This document shows positions 12,284-25,225 of a stretch of 64,000 nucleotides of DNA, piece by piece. The notes beneath the pieces are model-generated. The model did not search any database. It was given only the letters and a program-made list of their open reading frames with translations, and had not been told where the DNA came from. The DNA is taken from contig RSEE01000005.1 in assembly GCA_003971905.1 (NCBI GenBank), positions 372,001-436,000 of the forward strand, written 5' to 3'. The stretch is from Moniliella sp. 'wahieum'. Taxonomy: Eukaryota. A program made the position numbers and the translations under genes. Numbering within the stretch: the stretch's first letter is position 1; every line of letters starts with the position of its first letter.

Positions 12284-15200
12284 ATGCTCTCTCTGCGTCC
12301 ATCTCCACCACCGCCACCGCCACCGCGCCCTCACTCCTTGCTATCCCGTCTCGCCCACCGCCATCCCATTCGGTCGTGCCACCACAGCGCCGTTGGCATG
12401 CCACTCGAACGGATCGGGCCAAGCCTTCCCTTTTCTGATCGCCGCCCCGCCTCTCTCTCCTCCACCTCCCCTCCACCAGCACAACTAGCAGCCCCGTCGC
12501 CTCCCTCAAACACCGGCCTTCCAGCGCTGGTGCCCCCACTGCTGCCCCGCGCCTTCGCAGCCTGGACATTGTCTACTCCGCCCCACCCTCCCTTGGTCCT
12601 TGACCTCTATCCACAAGCCTGAGTCCCAGCCCCCGACCGCGTCCGAGTCCCGCCACCATGTCCACAGCAGCGCTTCGCTCGTACGCTCCAGTAGTAGCAG
12701 CACCGCCTATTCGCTCCGCAGCTTTGGCCGTCCCAGCGACATCGTCCCCGCGACCACTCCCGCATCCCTTCGACAGCCCCTTCCACCCCCCTCAGCCGAA
12801 TGGCGAGCATTGGTACGCCGCGCACCAACAGGGCAATGTCGACATCTCTTCTACACTCCCACGTTGCCTTCTCTTCCAACCCCCCGTACCATCAGTTCTT
12901 CCAGCCTTCCCCTCCGATCGAGTGCTGCCCTTGAAACACCCGCCCTCGCCCCACCTCACCAGCCCCCACTGACCAAGTCAGCCCTCGGCTCGGGCCCAGC
13001 CTTGCCTTGGATGTTGGGCAGCGGACACCCACGTCGAATTTGACCCCCAAATCGATCGCTGTGTCGTCCGGCGTTTCACATTCGGATGTACTTATCACAC
13101 CGGCGCAGAACGCATCTTCTGTACCGGGGCACCCTCACGTGGTGCCTCCATCTCCTCCCTCCGTCGCTCCCCTCGCCTTCTCCCCCACCTTCGTCGCCTC
13201 CCCTACCCCTGCGGCCCCAGCACCTTCACCTGCTTGGGGGCCGCTTCGCGCTGTGGGTCGTGATGCCTCTCTTCAACCATCGGTATCTTGTGGAAGGCGC
13301 GGCCCATCCTCCATCCCTCATCCCGCTTCAACCGGTCTCTCTCCCCCAACGTCTTCTGCGCTCTCCCCTATCCGGCCAACGGCGACAGGATTTGCTGTGC
13401 CCAGCTCCGCAAACCAGTGTCTCCAGGGTGCGTTTTCATTAGAATCCCCTTCGAATTAAAGCGCTAACTTGGCTCTATACCCTGCCCCAGGCGCCACGGA
13501 TTCTACTGCCCCCATCGATCGGACCTCGGGCCTCCCTCGGCGTCGGCCCAGCGCACGCTTTCTAACTCATACTCTCCGGCAGAACTTGGAGAACTCCAAG
13601 CCCGCATCCCAACTTAGCATCCTCCCCAGTCACACGGTCCTTGATTCGACTTCGACTCCTTTGCCTTGCCCCTGGCCCCACGACTCGGACCCAGAGCCCC
13701 CCACTCCGCATCAGCGAGTGATCCAACTTCTCCGTGGACACATGTTGTTCCGATTGTGGGAGGTTCTCTGGCTAATCACCGCCTCTCCTCCCTTTCCACC
13801 CCGGCAGAAGACACACCATCCTCCCACCCCTGCAAGACCCTTGGCGCGACCTGATCCGTTCAGCATTGATCGCCTTTTGTCTCTGTTGCAGCAAGCTGTT
13901 GCGGATGACCCTACCCACACACTGGGCGTCCTTCCTGCCGAATGTGCTGACCCGATCGGTCCCCCCGTCCCATCTCCCCAAGGCGAAGTCAATCGTTGCA
14001 CAGAGGGTGGAATGGTACTACGTACTCCTACGACCAGCGAGCTCACCCACTTTCTCGCCTTGCAGCATCCTTCCAACTCGTGTGCTTTGCCTCGAACCTT
14101 ATCTCCACCTCCGGCAGCCAGACCCTTGCGGGCGAACATGCCCAAATCCTGTGGTTTGTCGAAGGTGAGGGAGGAGGAGGCCTCCACAAAACTAGGCGCC
14201 CTTGCTCCGCCCCTTACCATGGAGACGTCCATCGTCCCCTACATTTCTCTTCCGAATGGGCAAGCACGCCAGATTAACGACTTTGAGGTGCTGCAGGAGA
14301 TTGGTCGTGGTGCGTATGGGGTGGTTCACCTGGCTCGATTGCGGGACCCTTGGGGTGATGGCACTCCTCTCAAGGGAATGGAGGGTGCATTTGCCGTGGG
14401 TGAGACGGTAGTGATCAAGTCCATCGTCAAGAGCCGCATTTTGGCCGACTGTTGGCGCCGGCACCGCGTTTTGGGAACCATCCCGATCGAGATTCATGTG
14501 ATGGAACAGCTGCGTCGGATCGAGTACCACCCCCTACCCATTTGCCTCCTTGGGCTCCCGAGGTCCTCTTGCCTCACCTCCAGCCCCACATGGACAGTCT
14601 GAGACGCCCTCGACTCGCTTGGCTCAGGTACCGGTACAAAGAGGCGGGGAGGACAGGGTGCATCCTCATCCAGGCATTGTGAGCATGCTCGATTTTTTTG
14701 AAGACGCCGAGTTTTACTATTTGGTCATGCACCGTTGTGGCCAAGGTCAGGATGTGTTTGATTTTGTCGAAGCTTCCGCCACGGGGCTGAGCGCGAAGCA
14801 GGTGCGTGGGATTGGGGGTCAAGTGGCCGCCGCTTTAGCCTTTCTCCATGCCCACGGGATCGTCCACCGCGACATTAAAGACGAAAATGTCATTCTCACC
14901 CCGACGGGCCACGTTCAACTGATTGACTTTGGTTCGGCTGCGCACGTTCCCCGTCTGCCGCACAAACGATTTGACACGTTTTCCGGTACCTTGGATTTTG
15001 CCGCGCCCGAAATCTTGCGAGGCGAGCGGTACAAAGGTCCGGCGCAAGATGTGTGGGCGTTCGGGGGGGTGTGTACGTACTCATGTGCGACGAATGTCCC
15101 TTTTGGAATGGCAAGGAGGCACTTCAAGCGCTGGAGGAGGGCTCACGTGCCTCTGCTGTCTTAACTGAACGTGTGGCACGGGGGGACCAAGCAAGTGAGG

Positions 15201-15414
15201 AAGCGGCGTCCGACGGTGGTGGTGTCCTGGCCGATGCGGCCGATCTGATTCACCAGTGTCTTTCGCTCGACGTGGAGTTGCGCCCACTGTCACGTCAAGT
15301 TGCCACCCACCGTTTCTTGTGGGTCGTCGTGGCTGGACAGGCGTGCGGGGCTGGCAAGAGATCGAGTGCCGTGACCCGCAGCTGGTCTGCGACGTGCTGG
15401 GTCCGGATGTGTAA
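12284..15414 (+). CDS. Ser/Thr protein kinase, PAS-kinase (PASK/PSK)-type catalytic domain; start approximate
   Basis: IGRGAYGVV, VVIKSIVKSRILADCWRRHRVLGTIPIEIHVM, HPGIVSMLDFFEDAEFYYLVM, HRDIKDEN, DFGSA, FSGTLDFAAPE. Confidence 0.88.
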
Positions 15415-15452
15415 TCCACTCTCAACAGCCCGCGAGAAAACTGCTGCGTTGC

Positions 15453-15675
15453 GTTGCTTTGCTTTGCTTGCTTTGCTTTGCTTTGCTTGCTTTGCTTTGC
15501 TTTGCTTTGCTTTGCTTGCTTTTGCTTTGCTTGCTTTGCTTTGCTTTGCTTTGCTTTGCTTTGCTTTGCTTTGCTTTGCTTTGCTTTGCTGCTTGCTTGC
15601 TGCTTGCTTTGCTTTGCTTGCTTTGCTTTGCTTTGCTTTGCTTTGCTTTGCTTTGCTTTGTTTGCTTTGCTTTGT
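15453..15675. repeat. (TTTGC)n microsatellite with TTGC variants, about 220 bp
   Basis: Direct reading; lies between the convergent kinase and PP2A-A 3' ends. Confidence 0.97.
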
Positions 15676-15825
15676 CTTCTATTATCTCCCCATTTGCTCT
15701 CTTCGTTTTATCTCATTCCTCGTTCCATCCATTTGCTCCTTCCTCCTTCCCCTGTTCAATCCGCATCATGCATCTAGATCCGCATTTGTACCAGGAAATG
15801 GTAATCTACCTTTGCATTTCTCATC

Positions 15826-17712
15826 TTACCCTTCCAATGCGTTCGCCGGCAAAGCCTCAAGCGCCTTTTGTGCAAAGAAGCGCACGTCGGCATCCTTGTC
15901 GGCCTGGAGTGTGAAAATGGTGGGAACAAGGCTTTTGACCGCTTCTAGTTGCGGCTCGGGCTCCGCAAGAAGAAGTAGGGCGAGCACCTGGAGCGTCTGG
16001 GCGACATTGAAGCGGATGTTGGGAATCGAGTCAGATCCCAGCTCAATCACAGTGGGCAAGACCGTTTCTGCCAGGGTAGTCTTGTCCAGCGCCTCTGCCA
16101 TGGCCGACAGGGCAAAGAGGGTAGTGAGACGATAGAGATAGTTTTGGTGGTGGGCCAACTCAAGGACTTTGGGCAGGATGGTCCGTTGGGCCCAGGCACA
16201 CCAAACACCTCGGTCAGTTTGCGCAGATTGATGGTGGCTGCTTCCCGAATGGAAAAGACAGTATCTCCCAGCCAGGTCATGCATAACACCGCTAGTTGAT
16301 CGTCAAAGAATGCCACACCCAATTGCTTGGCCAGGAGAGGAATGTATTCGATGATCGCCTGACGCACACGCCACTGCTTGTCCTCGGCCAACTCGACAAT
16401 CGCCGGCAACAGGGATTGGGACAACAATTCCACCCAATCACCCCGTTCACCTCCTCCAACTTGGAGATGATGTTGAGTCGAACGTCGGGACAGTCGTCCT
16501 TAAGCAGAGCAAGAAAGATGGGTAAAAGGTGTTCAATCGTCCCTTCCTTCCCCAATCGAGGCGCCAATGCGGCCACCTGGTCGGCCAGCGTGGTACGCAA
16601 AGGTGCAGACGCGTCGCCTGCCAGTTCGCGCACCAAAGGCAAAATCCGATCCAGCACCACACTTGCATCCAACAACTCCACCATACCTGGAATTTGCGCC
16701 GTAGCCGCGTTTCGCACCTCGGCCTCGCTGTCCTGGAGCAAATGCACATATGCTTCCAGCATTTCTGACTGGACCATCTCTGGTACCACCGCTTTGCTCA
16801 GTTTGACCATCTGGTCCGCCGCCATGTAACGAACCCTCCAACTTTTGTCGCTGACAAGGGTACGAAGGGAAGGGAGGAGCTCGGAAGTAGCTTCGTTTTT
16901 CGGCAGAGCCTCGGCCAGGGCAACGAGGATTTCCGGAGTCATTAGCCGGACACTGTCTTGGTCATCAGACAGTAAGCGGCGGTAGAGGGGAAGCACTTCA
17001 TCCAGAACCTCTTGCTTGTTCATTACCTTGGTCAGGGCCTACAGACGCAGCAAGAGTCAGCAGACGCAGGGGTCAGCCCCACCACGGGGTACACTATCGG
17101 CAACCTCAGCCCTCTGTAAATGCGCAAGACCAGGAAGGAGATGCGTACAATCAAGTCGCGCGAGACGGCGCGGCGTACCATAGACGTATCATCGTCACAA
17201 AGCCGCTCAAATATCTTACGCAACTCGTCCTTTCCTCCTGGGCCAACGAGAGCGTAGGCCGGAGGGATGAGGGCAGTGGCCGCGGTGCGAGAGGCAAACC
17301 AGTCGCTCGAAGCAAGCTGGAGAATCAAAGGGAGATAAAAGTGTTCGAGCTGTTCCAAAGTCAGAACACTGGCTAGCTGCGTCATCGACTCGACTGCCTT
17401 TTCGCGCACAGTGACTTCCTCGACGCCTGCCAGATTCTCGAGGATGGGAAAAAGGAGGTGGGCATATTGGGGACCGCCCAAGTAATCGACAAAGGGAACA
17501 CTGAGCTCCTCAGCCAGAACACGGAGCACAGGATCTTCGTCTTCCAGACTCTCTTGAAGGAAAGGAAGCAGCTCGTCGCGCGTGCGCTTAGGGCCGAGGG
17601 CAAGAGCAATGGTGCTGACGCGCTGGATGGCGTTGAGACGCAGCGATACATCCTCGCTCTTGAGCTCGTCGATGAGCACAGCAATGGGATATAACTGCTC
17701 GTTGGCGTCCAT
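15826..17712 (-). CDS. TPD3: Protein phosphatase 2A scaffold (A) subunit, HEAT repeats
   Basis: [77 protein letters not shown]; intron 17039-17148. Confidence 0.96.
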
Positions 17713-18272
17713 GGCGGTGGCGATGGCAGCGTAAGGAGGAGGGACGCGGCAAGGGCCCGGAGGTGATGATGTCCAAGTGGAGCCTGGCAATTGACCAAAC
17801 GCGAGGTAGGTAGTCTTCCGACTAACCCTACCAATGTCCAAACGTGGGACACAGCCCCCATGCGGGTCAGTTGCGCCCCCCCCCCAGCTTCCTGGCCCCT
17901 TACTGGTACCTATCTGTCAACGTGGAGTCAACGTTTAACTGTCAATGCTTCAATCAATATGGAAAGCGACGTCCATCTCGGGTCACGCCAAGTTGATGGG
18001 GACAATTGATCAGGGAGGTGCCGGCGCGAGCGCCGGAGGTACGGGCTCTCCCTCTGTTTGCCTCCGTTTCCAGTGCGTCTTTGCTGTGGTGCTGAAATAA
18101 TTAATTGATTAATTAATTAATTGATTTTGGCACGGGTCTTCTCGCTCATCTCCGCTTCGTTTCACAAAACGCTGCCAAAATGCAGCCGCTCCGATTCGTT
18201 CAGCACATTGGCCGTCGTCACCCTGTTTCCCCACCATTCGCCCCACCCACTTGGACGATTTTTGCAGGCAAA

Positions 18273-19217
18273 ATGGCCGTCCCTGGTCCCTTTGCAGCGA
18301 CCCCCGTATCGGCGTGGAGTGGTACCTCCCTGCCTCACAGCTCCCATCCTCGGACGATGGCCGCGCCATCGTCTTTCTCGACATCGACAACCCCTCTACA
18401 GTCGTGCCACCGATCCCACGATTGCTGGACTGATGAAGGACAAGATCCGTGCCTACTTTGAGTCGATGGGACTCGCTCCTGCAGAGGCGGAGCGCTTGCA
18501 TAAGAATACTACCGCTCCTACGGACTGGCCATTCGCGGCCTAGTTAAGCATCATCAAATCGACCCGCTCGATTACGATGCCCGCTGTGATGCTTCTCTCC
18601 CTCTTGATCAGATCCTCAAGCCCAACCCAGAGTTAATCCAGCTGTTGGCCAACCTGGATCGCACCAAGTGTCGAGTGGTGGGCTTACGAATGCGTACCGC
18701 GTGCATGCCCGACGTGTGTTGGACCTGGTTCAGCTGACTCCGCTTGTTGAGGGGTGTATCTACTGCGACTACACAATGAAGACTTTGCCTGCAAACCCGA
18801 GCCCGAGTTTTACCTGGCGGTTCGTCCCCTTCTTCCCAGACACGTGCCCTTTTGTCGTGGCGCCCTCACTGACAATTGTTACTTCGCTTGGACAGGCCAT
18901 GGACGCGGTGGGTACGCGTGCCTTTGACACTGTTACTTTGTGGACGACTCGCTGGCAATGTGAAAACGGCTAAGGACATTGGATGGTGCTCTTGTGTCTT
19001 TTTGACGAGGCCGTTCCCGCCTCGGGCCCCCCATAAAGCCAAAGGGGTGGACTGGGTCATCACCCAGATCACGCAGTTGGCACAAGTCTGGTCCAACCTT
19101 TGCTACTGCCAACGCACCTCAAGATCACCCAGGTCGTTGGTCGACCGCCTAAGGTCATCAGACAAAGAAAACGATCACTGCCACGAGACAATGAACTCAT
19201 TCTTATTGTCACGCTAA
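18273..19217 (+). CDS. SDT1: HAD-family pyrimidine 5'-nucleotidase (SDT1/PHM8-like); ends approximate
   Basis: VFLDIDN, KIRAYF, YGLAIRGLVKHHQIDPLDYD, LTNAYRVHARRVL, CKP and FVDDS-type motifs. Confidence 0.85.
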
Positions 19218-21647
19218 AGTCCCTCCTTCCGCGCATCATCAACCACCTATAATTTATCGTCTTAAAAACGATACCTTTCGTCGTCTCCACCCTCCTCCAC
19301 CCCGTTTTTTCTTGGACGATTGGACGATGACATTGTGGGGCCAAGGAGAGGTGAAGTATATACCTAGATACAAAGGAAGTGGGGGTGGGTTGCATGGCTT
19401 AGCTGGATACGTTTTGTTAGTGTGAGATGTACTATGAAATTGGCTGAGCGGTGCGCTAAATGGCGAGAGGCCAAACCGTTGACTTTTACACGAGGTTTTA
19501 TCTCTCTGTCGTGACCTCATCACTCAACGGGAAGGTTCTGGGACATTGTGAATCATCGACTTCGTTGACGGAGTCGCGGGAGAGAGGAGGAGTATCGCGA
19601 GGATGTCATCAGGAACGTTGTACAATGCAACAAGCAATAATCGATAACCGCGACAGGAAAAAGGAACAAACGTACGGGTGGGTTGTTGCAATGCAGTGAG
19701 GTTGGAAAATGGGGGGTTGCGGGTAGTGGGACAATACTTGATACAGGACGCTCTCTAGTTGAGCCTGGATGAGGGGAGGTCGTCTTTTACCTATCATTCG
19801 AATGTTAAAGGCAGACTAATATGTTCCACAGTAATGAGATAGATACTACCGCAGGGAAATGGTGGAGACGATGAAGATCTTTGATCGAAGCCACAGGAAA
19901 ATTGTGAGAGCAAAGAGCGGCGAAGCGGCGCTGAGTGCTGAGAGGCGCCACATGAGATCACTTCATTTTAATCATGGAGAGGCGTACGCTGTGCGCGAGA
20001 TTCAGTCTGTAAATGAGACTGAAAACTGAGCCTGTGAGCTCAGGGTCTGAATATTGAGTGCGTTCAACGTTGCGCACGGAGTGGGACGCACAACAAGCAT
20101 ATTTGTGCCGGATATACTGGGGAGAGAGCGCGTTCGCTCCTTGCGGATCGGCAGGACCTCAGCTATAGGATTAGCAATAAATAACTGATAACTGTTGTAG
20201 ACGCAAGCTGACTTGTGGAAATGAGTGGTTCTCTCTTCATCGACATCTGTCACATGTCCTTGTCATCCTATAGTACTACCGGGGAATTCCTAACAAGCTA
20301 ATGTGGTTACGGGTAGTTCAGGTGAATCATGTACCCGATGCGGTGTATAGCAAAAGTGATGAATTCACTGAAAGCGAGAAAACGCAACACTGCTGTGCAA
20401 AATCAATGAACCTCATGCAATGCAATGTGCACGTTGTACGAGCGTGTCGTGCTTGGTGCCCACACAAGCTGTGTACAACATGTTGTCGATTAGCGATTAT
20501 CCCGCAAGTCCCCCATTGTGTGTGAATCACTGCCATGATGCTTGCGGCCAAGAAATGAGATATCTCTTTTTCTGATGTGGCGCTTCTTCTGTGAGAGATG
20601 CCAGTGCCCATCACAAAGAGAGCGCAAAAGGCGATTTCACGAGACCACATCAGGCATCAGGCCTCCTACCATCATCATCAACATCATTCCCGGCGAGCTC
20701 ACGGAAGACGTTGTGGATAAAATTTACTACTGACTTTTAATGGAGGTATCTTGGGGGTATATGTGTGCAGAGTGATGACGAGATGCCCGCAACAACACCC
20801 CTCCGTCTTGTTGAATCAATGAATTTGCATGTCGATGACGTCGCACCAATGGAACGCTCTCTGCCCTGTACGTAGGGTATGTGGCCTAGCGGTGGCAAGA
20901 GCAGATGATCAAGATGATTTCGATGTCGCTGCTCGCTGGTCGCCGGTCGATGATCTCAAGTTGAACGTCGTTGAGTGTGAATCTATCTCCCGCCCTTTCC
21001 CGACAGGGCAACACAGCGGCAGTGCGTCAACGCGTCAACGGCTCCGAACTCAGCACAGCTGCTGCCTGTTCGGCATATAAACAGCGGGGGATCGGGGATC
21101 GATGATCGATCGGCCGCTGAGCGCACTGAGTACTCGACTGAGTACTGATTAACGATGCATGATACTTGATTGCCACCGGTGAGTCCCAGGCGGCCACTCT
21201 CCCTGTCGAACCAACGTTGGCTGGGTGCTGGCCTGTGCGGGCAAGTGCGGCCTGACCCCAGGCTGCGCGCACACTCGGCCAGTGCACCCTCTGCGCCTGG
21301 GGCTGCGTCCTATTTCGGGAGCAGGATCGCTTCGGCGCACCACACTCGCCTGGTGCGGTGCCTCGCACACGCAGCACAGCACCAGTCCGCGGCATGCACA
21401 GCGTCCTGGCTGGGTGCACTGCCCCCCTGCTCCACCCGCCATCCGGCAGCGGGCAGCGGCAGGATCCTCGCGATGCACATGCGCAGGCGCTTCTTTAGTA
21501 CAGGCACATGTAATGCGTACTCTTCCCCACGGCCGTCCAACCCGCTACGCTTCTGCCAATCTCCCGCCCCTCCTGCCTTCCACCGCCATCCCTCCGGACG
21601 AGATTGTCCCCACCACCGCCTCCAACCCTCCTCTTTCAACCCCCCAT

Positions 21648-23447
21648 ATGTCCAGCCGCTTGCAGCCCACCGGCGGCACTGGAGATCGTCCGTCTTGGGC
21701 CCTCTTTCGCCCAGCCTCGCCGTCGTCATCCAACTCCAACGTCTCGTTCGTTGCCACCTCCCCATCTCCAACCGCGTCTCCGACCGCGTCCTCTCGCACC
21801 ACCGTCACCACCCCGCCTGCCACGCGGAGCCTGAGCTCGACTCCATCTCCCACCCCACCCCCATCCACAAGCCCAGCACCCGCGCTCCGGCGCAGGTCCA
21901 AGGAAAACCCACCACAGCCAGCCTGTGGTCGGTGCCAAGCTACGTCTTCTACCGGCATGACCGCCATCCATCTACGCCGTACCCCCTCTCTCGCCAGCAG
22001 TCAACTCTTGCTCCTCTCACTATCCCTGCCTCTCCCTTGCTGCCGTACAGGGCCAACGCCCTTGGAATCACACCTCTGACCCACTCTCACCTACATCACT
22101 GCCTGAACTGGATCAATTTCGAACTACTCTCCCCTCTCTTCGCCCGGCCTCCACTATCCGAGCCAATCATTTCGGAGACCGCGCCGACTGAGAATCTAAT
22201 ATTACCCCAGCCCGCGCCTGTACCCGGGCCCAAGCGGAGGAACTCGCTGCTGCGTTCCTACTCGTTCCTACGTACTCTCGCTCTATCTCCCTCCTCTGTA
22301 GAGAGCGATAAAATGGAAAATACGACGCGGAAGATCACGGCGAACAAGCAATTCCTCTTCCCTTTCCCTTTCCCGCTCGGCATCGACTCGGTGGACTGAA
22401 AATGGGAGCTCGTCAGTTAGCGCGAGCCTTCCGGTGGGGTACGGATCTACTGTGCTGGCCATACCGATCCTCCTCGTCGTTTTTCTCTCCACAACCTTTT
22501 TCGTTCCCAGGACGATTCGAGCGGAAGTGAGGAAGAGCCGCCCCAACTCCCCGTTCTATATGGTCCAGCCCGTCGGATCGACTGGCTCGAGTGCACAGCG
22601 CAATTTTTTCCCTGACGCCTAAAGAGCGTCAACCGATGGACCCCCTCATCCAGGTCTCCGAATATTCCTTACCCCCTCCACCTTCCGATCTTCCCTTTCA
22701 TATTGTTGACGACCTCCAGTTTCTTCGTGCGATCGAAGCCAATGTCGATCTACAACCGTCTCTTACGTCCCGATCGAGCACGTGCTCATTCGATCTCTCT
22801 TTCACCCCTGTTCAAAAAGACGTCGCACGGTTGAGCCGGACTCAAAGCTACTCGGGTATCAATCCGGAAAGGTGTCGACAGCCCGAGCATCTTCAAGCCC
22901 AGCAAGTCAAAGTCCTTTTCTGTACGTCCTCCACGGCACCCTCCTGGGATTGGGTTTGATACATGATGCGCCTGTTCTGACTCCATCGTCCTATTGCCTG
23001 TAGTGATCCGTGAGTTAATCCAGAGCGAACGGAGCTACGCAGCGCACCTTACCACCCTTCTCCGATTGGCCAGCACCTCCGGCCGACTGCGGGGCAGCGA
23101 ACGACTGCGCACATCTTCCGCCCTTGATCACACTGAGCCTTACACTCCTTCATCATCTCGAGTGTACGCCGACCCCGAGCGGGGTGGCACGCGCCTTTTC
23201 CTCGGTTGCGCCTCTGCTCGAGGCAGCGCTGGTCCAATGGACATCCACCGCTCCGTTTTTGCTCCATGCTCTGCGCGGCGTACGGGCCATGCCGAACGAG
23301 AACCCCGATACCGCGAAAGCCGCCTTGGCTCCACTGGATCTGGCCATCATGCCAACCCAGTGTTTGCCACGGTACCTTCTTCTCTTAGGCCAGCTCCAGG
23401 CCCTGGTGCCAAGTACCGTGGAGGAACCGCATGCGCCCCTTGGCTGA
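21648..23447 (+). CDS. DH (RhoGEF) domain-containing protein with a low-complexity N-terminus
   Basis: VIRELIQSERSYAAHLTTL and LAIMPTQCLPRYLLLLGQL match DH conserved regions. Confidence 0.7.
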
Positions 23448-23934
23448 CGCACTCGCCCTTTGCACCCGCGTGGCCACCCTGTGCAATGCAGCAGTGCCCG
23501 TACCTGTACATTCGTAGCCATCCATCAGGCCGCATCCTTGTCATTTCGCACTTAATCTCCCACCGCCCGTCTCGAATTTTTGTTGTTCTCTCTCACCTGT
23601 ACCGATCATCGCCCATCGCCCGCCCCTAGCAGGTGCTTACTCTATTTGATTCCGCATTCTAGCCAGTCCCAACGTGATTTGGCCCCTTCCCGCCCCATGC
23701 AGAGGAAGAGGAAAATCATCGCCCACTTCCTTCCCATTCAGATAGAACCCAGCCTTGTTAGAAGACAGCACCCAAAGGGCACCTTTTTGTATTGCAACCG
23801 ATAAGGAAAGTGTAGCGAGAGCGCCCCACCTCCATCATGCGTGAGGGCAAAGGTACAGATCGAGGCTGCAGCTGGCCGTAGGAAGCCACAGCCCCGTCCG
23901 GTACCCAGGAAGTTGGGCCTTACAGCACCTCCTC

Positions 23935-24432
23935 TTAGGCCTTCAAACATACGTCACCTTACGGTACCCGTGGGCCTTCTTTTGCTCCCGCACAGTCTTA
24001 GCCTTCTTCTCCTCTGGGGCCAGGGCACGGCGGAGCGCGCGCGTCTTCTTGGCCCGGAGGTCGAGGGGCAAGTACTTGGCATTCTTGTAGTACTCACGCA
24101 AGTTGGCACTGCTTAGCGTGCATCACCGTGTGCACACGGGCAATGTCCTTGCGCGTGCTGTTGATCTTAGCAATGCGCGAAGACGAGCCACCGGCGACCT
24201 TGGCCACACGGAGCGAGAGCAGCTCCGCCTTGAGCTCCTCGAGCTGAGTCGTCAGCTCCGCCTTGGACTTGCCTTGAAGCTCCTTTGCAGTGATCTTGGC
24301 CTGCAAGAACAAGGGTGGAACGAGAAAAGGTTAGTCCCGACGAAGTCATGAGCGCAGAAGGGGGGGCACGATGACCATGCACATGCACATCCACATCCAC
24401 ATCCACATCCACAGTACAGGCACACGTACCAT
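23935..24432 (-). CDS. RPL35: 60S ribosomal protein L35 (uL29)
   Basis: ATG|intron 24301-24429 (GTACGT..CTAAC..CAG)|[35 protein letters not shown]...[17 protein letters not shown]. Confidence 0.95.
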
Positions 24433-25225
24433 CTCGATCGTACTTGCCCGTGCTGGTGAAGAGAGAGCAGGCCCCCTCCCGCGCGGTTTGCCACGGCCAT
24501 GTCCAGAGGGAGACAGCCAAGGGGAGGGCGTAGGGTTGGATGCACGCAACCCTAGATAGGGTTATACTGCCGCTGCGCTGGTGCTGCGGCATATATTCTT
24601 CCCCGAGTGCCCCGCGGAGCCGCAAATCAGGACTCAGCGGCAGTCGGCCGGATCGGTGCAATGTTCAAGAGCGGGTATGTACTCGCCAGCGGCCACTGCC
24701 GCTGCCTATTCCTCTCGCCCACAAGTGCGTGGCAGGATTGTATTCGCGACGGTCAATATTCAATCGTCAATGGTCAATCTTCAGTACTCAGTACTCCAAG
24801 CCGGATCCGATGTACATCCTATCCTACTCTCGCGAACCGAGCAGGGCAGACTGGCTGGCCGACACCAGATAATACCCGAGCCGAGGCTTGCTTCAGCATC
24901 TTGCACTTGAAACCCCCATAGTATGTCCTCGACGAACCGATATATTAACGAACGAACTTACAGTAGCCGGACGAGCAACGTCACCACCTAGATCCGGAAC
25001 ATACTAAGGGACTAAAGGCATAGAACAGCGATGGAGATAGACCAAAAGATGCATCACCTGCAGTCCGCTGACCACCCTACAATAAGGACATTCATTTCCT
25101 AAGTCCCGTCCCACAGGCACATGGCCGATAGAAACGAGGCAGGAGACCAAGAGCTGCTCCTTATTGACCAACTGCCCAACAGCCAAAAAAAGACAGATGA
25201 CTGGATCGAATCGAACTGGATCCAA

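Noticed and set aside
15053..16135. 360-aa ORF and overlapping ORFs with (LCFAL)n hydrophobic repeats
   Set aside because: Translation of the (TTTGC)n microsatellite joined to the kinase tail and antisense PP2A-A; not a real membrane protein
24301..24429. snoRNA in the RPL35 intron
   Set aside because: No convincing C/D or H/ACA box arrangement; the intron is mostly a (GATGTG)n microsatellite
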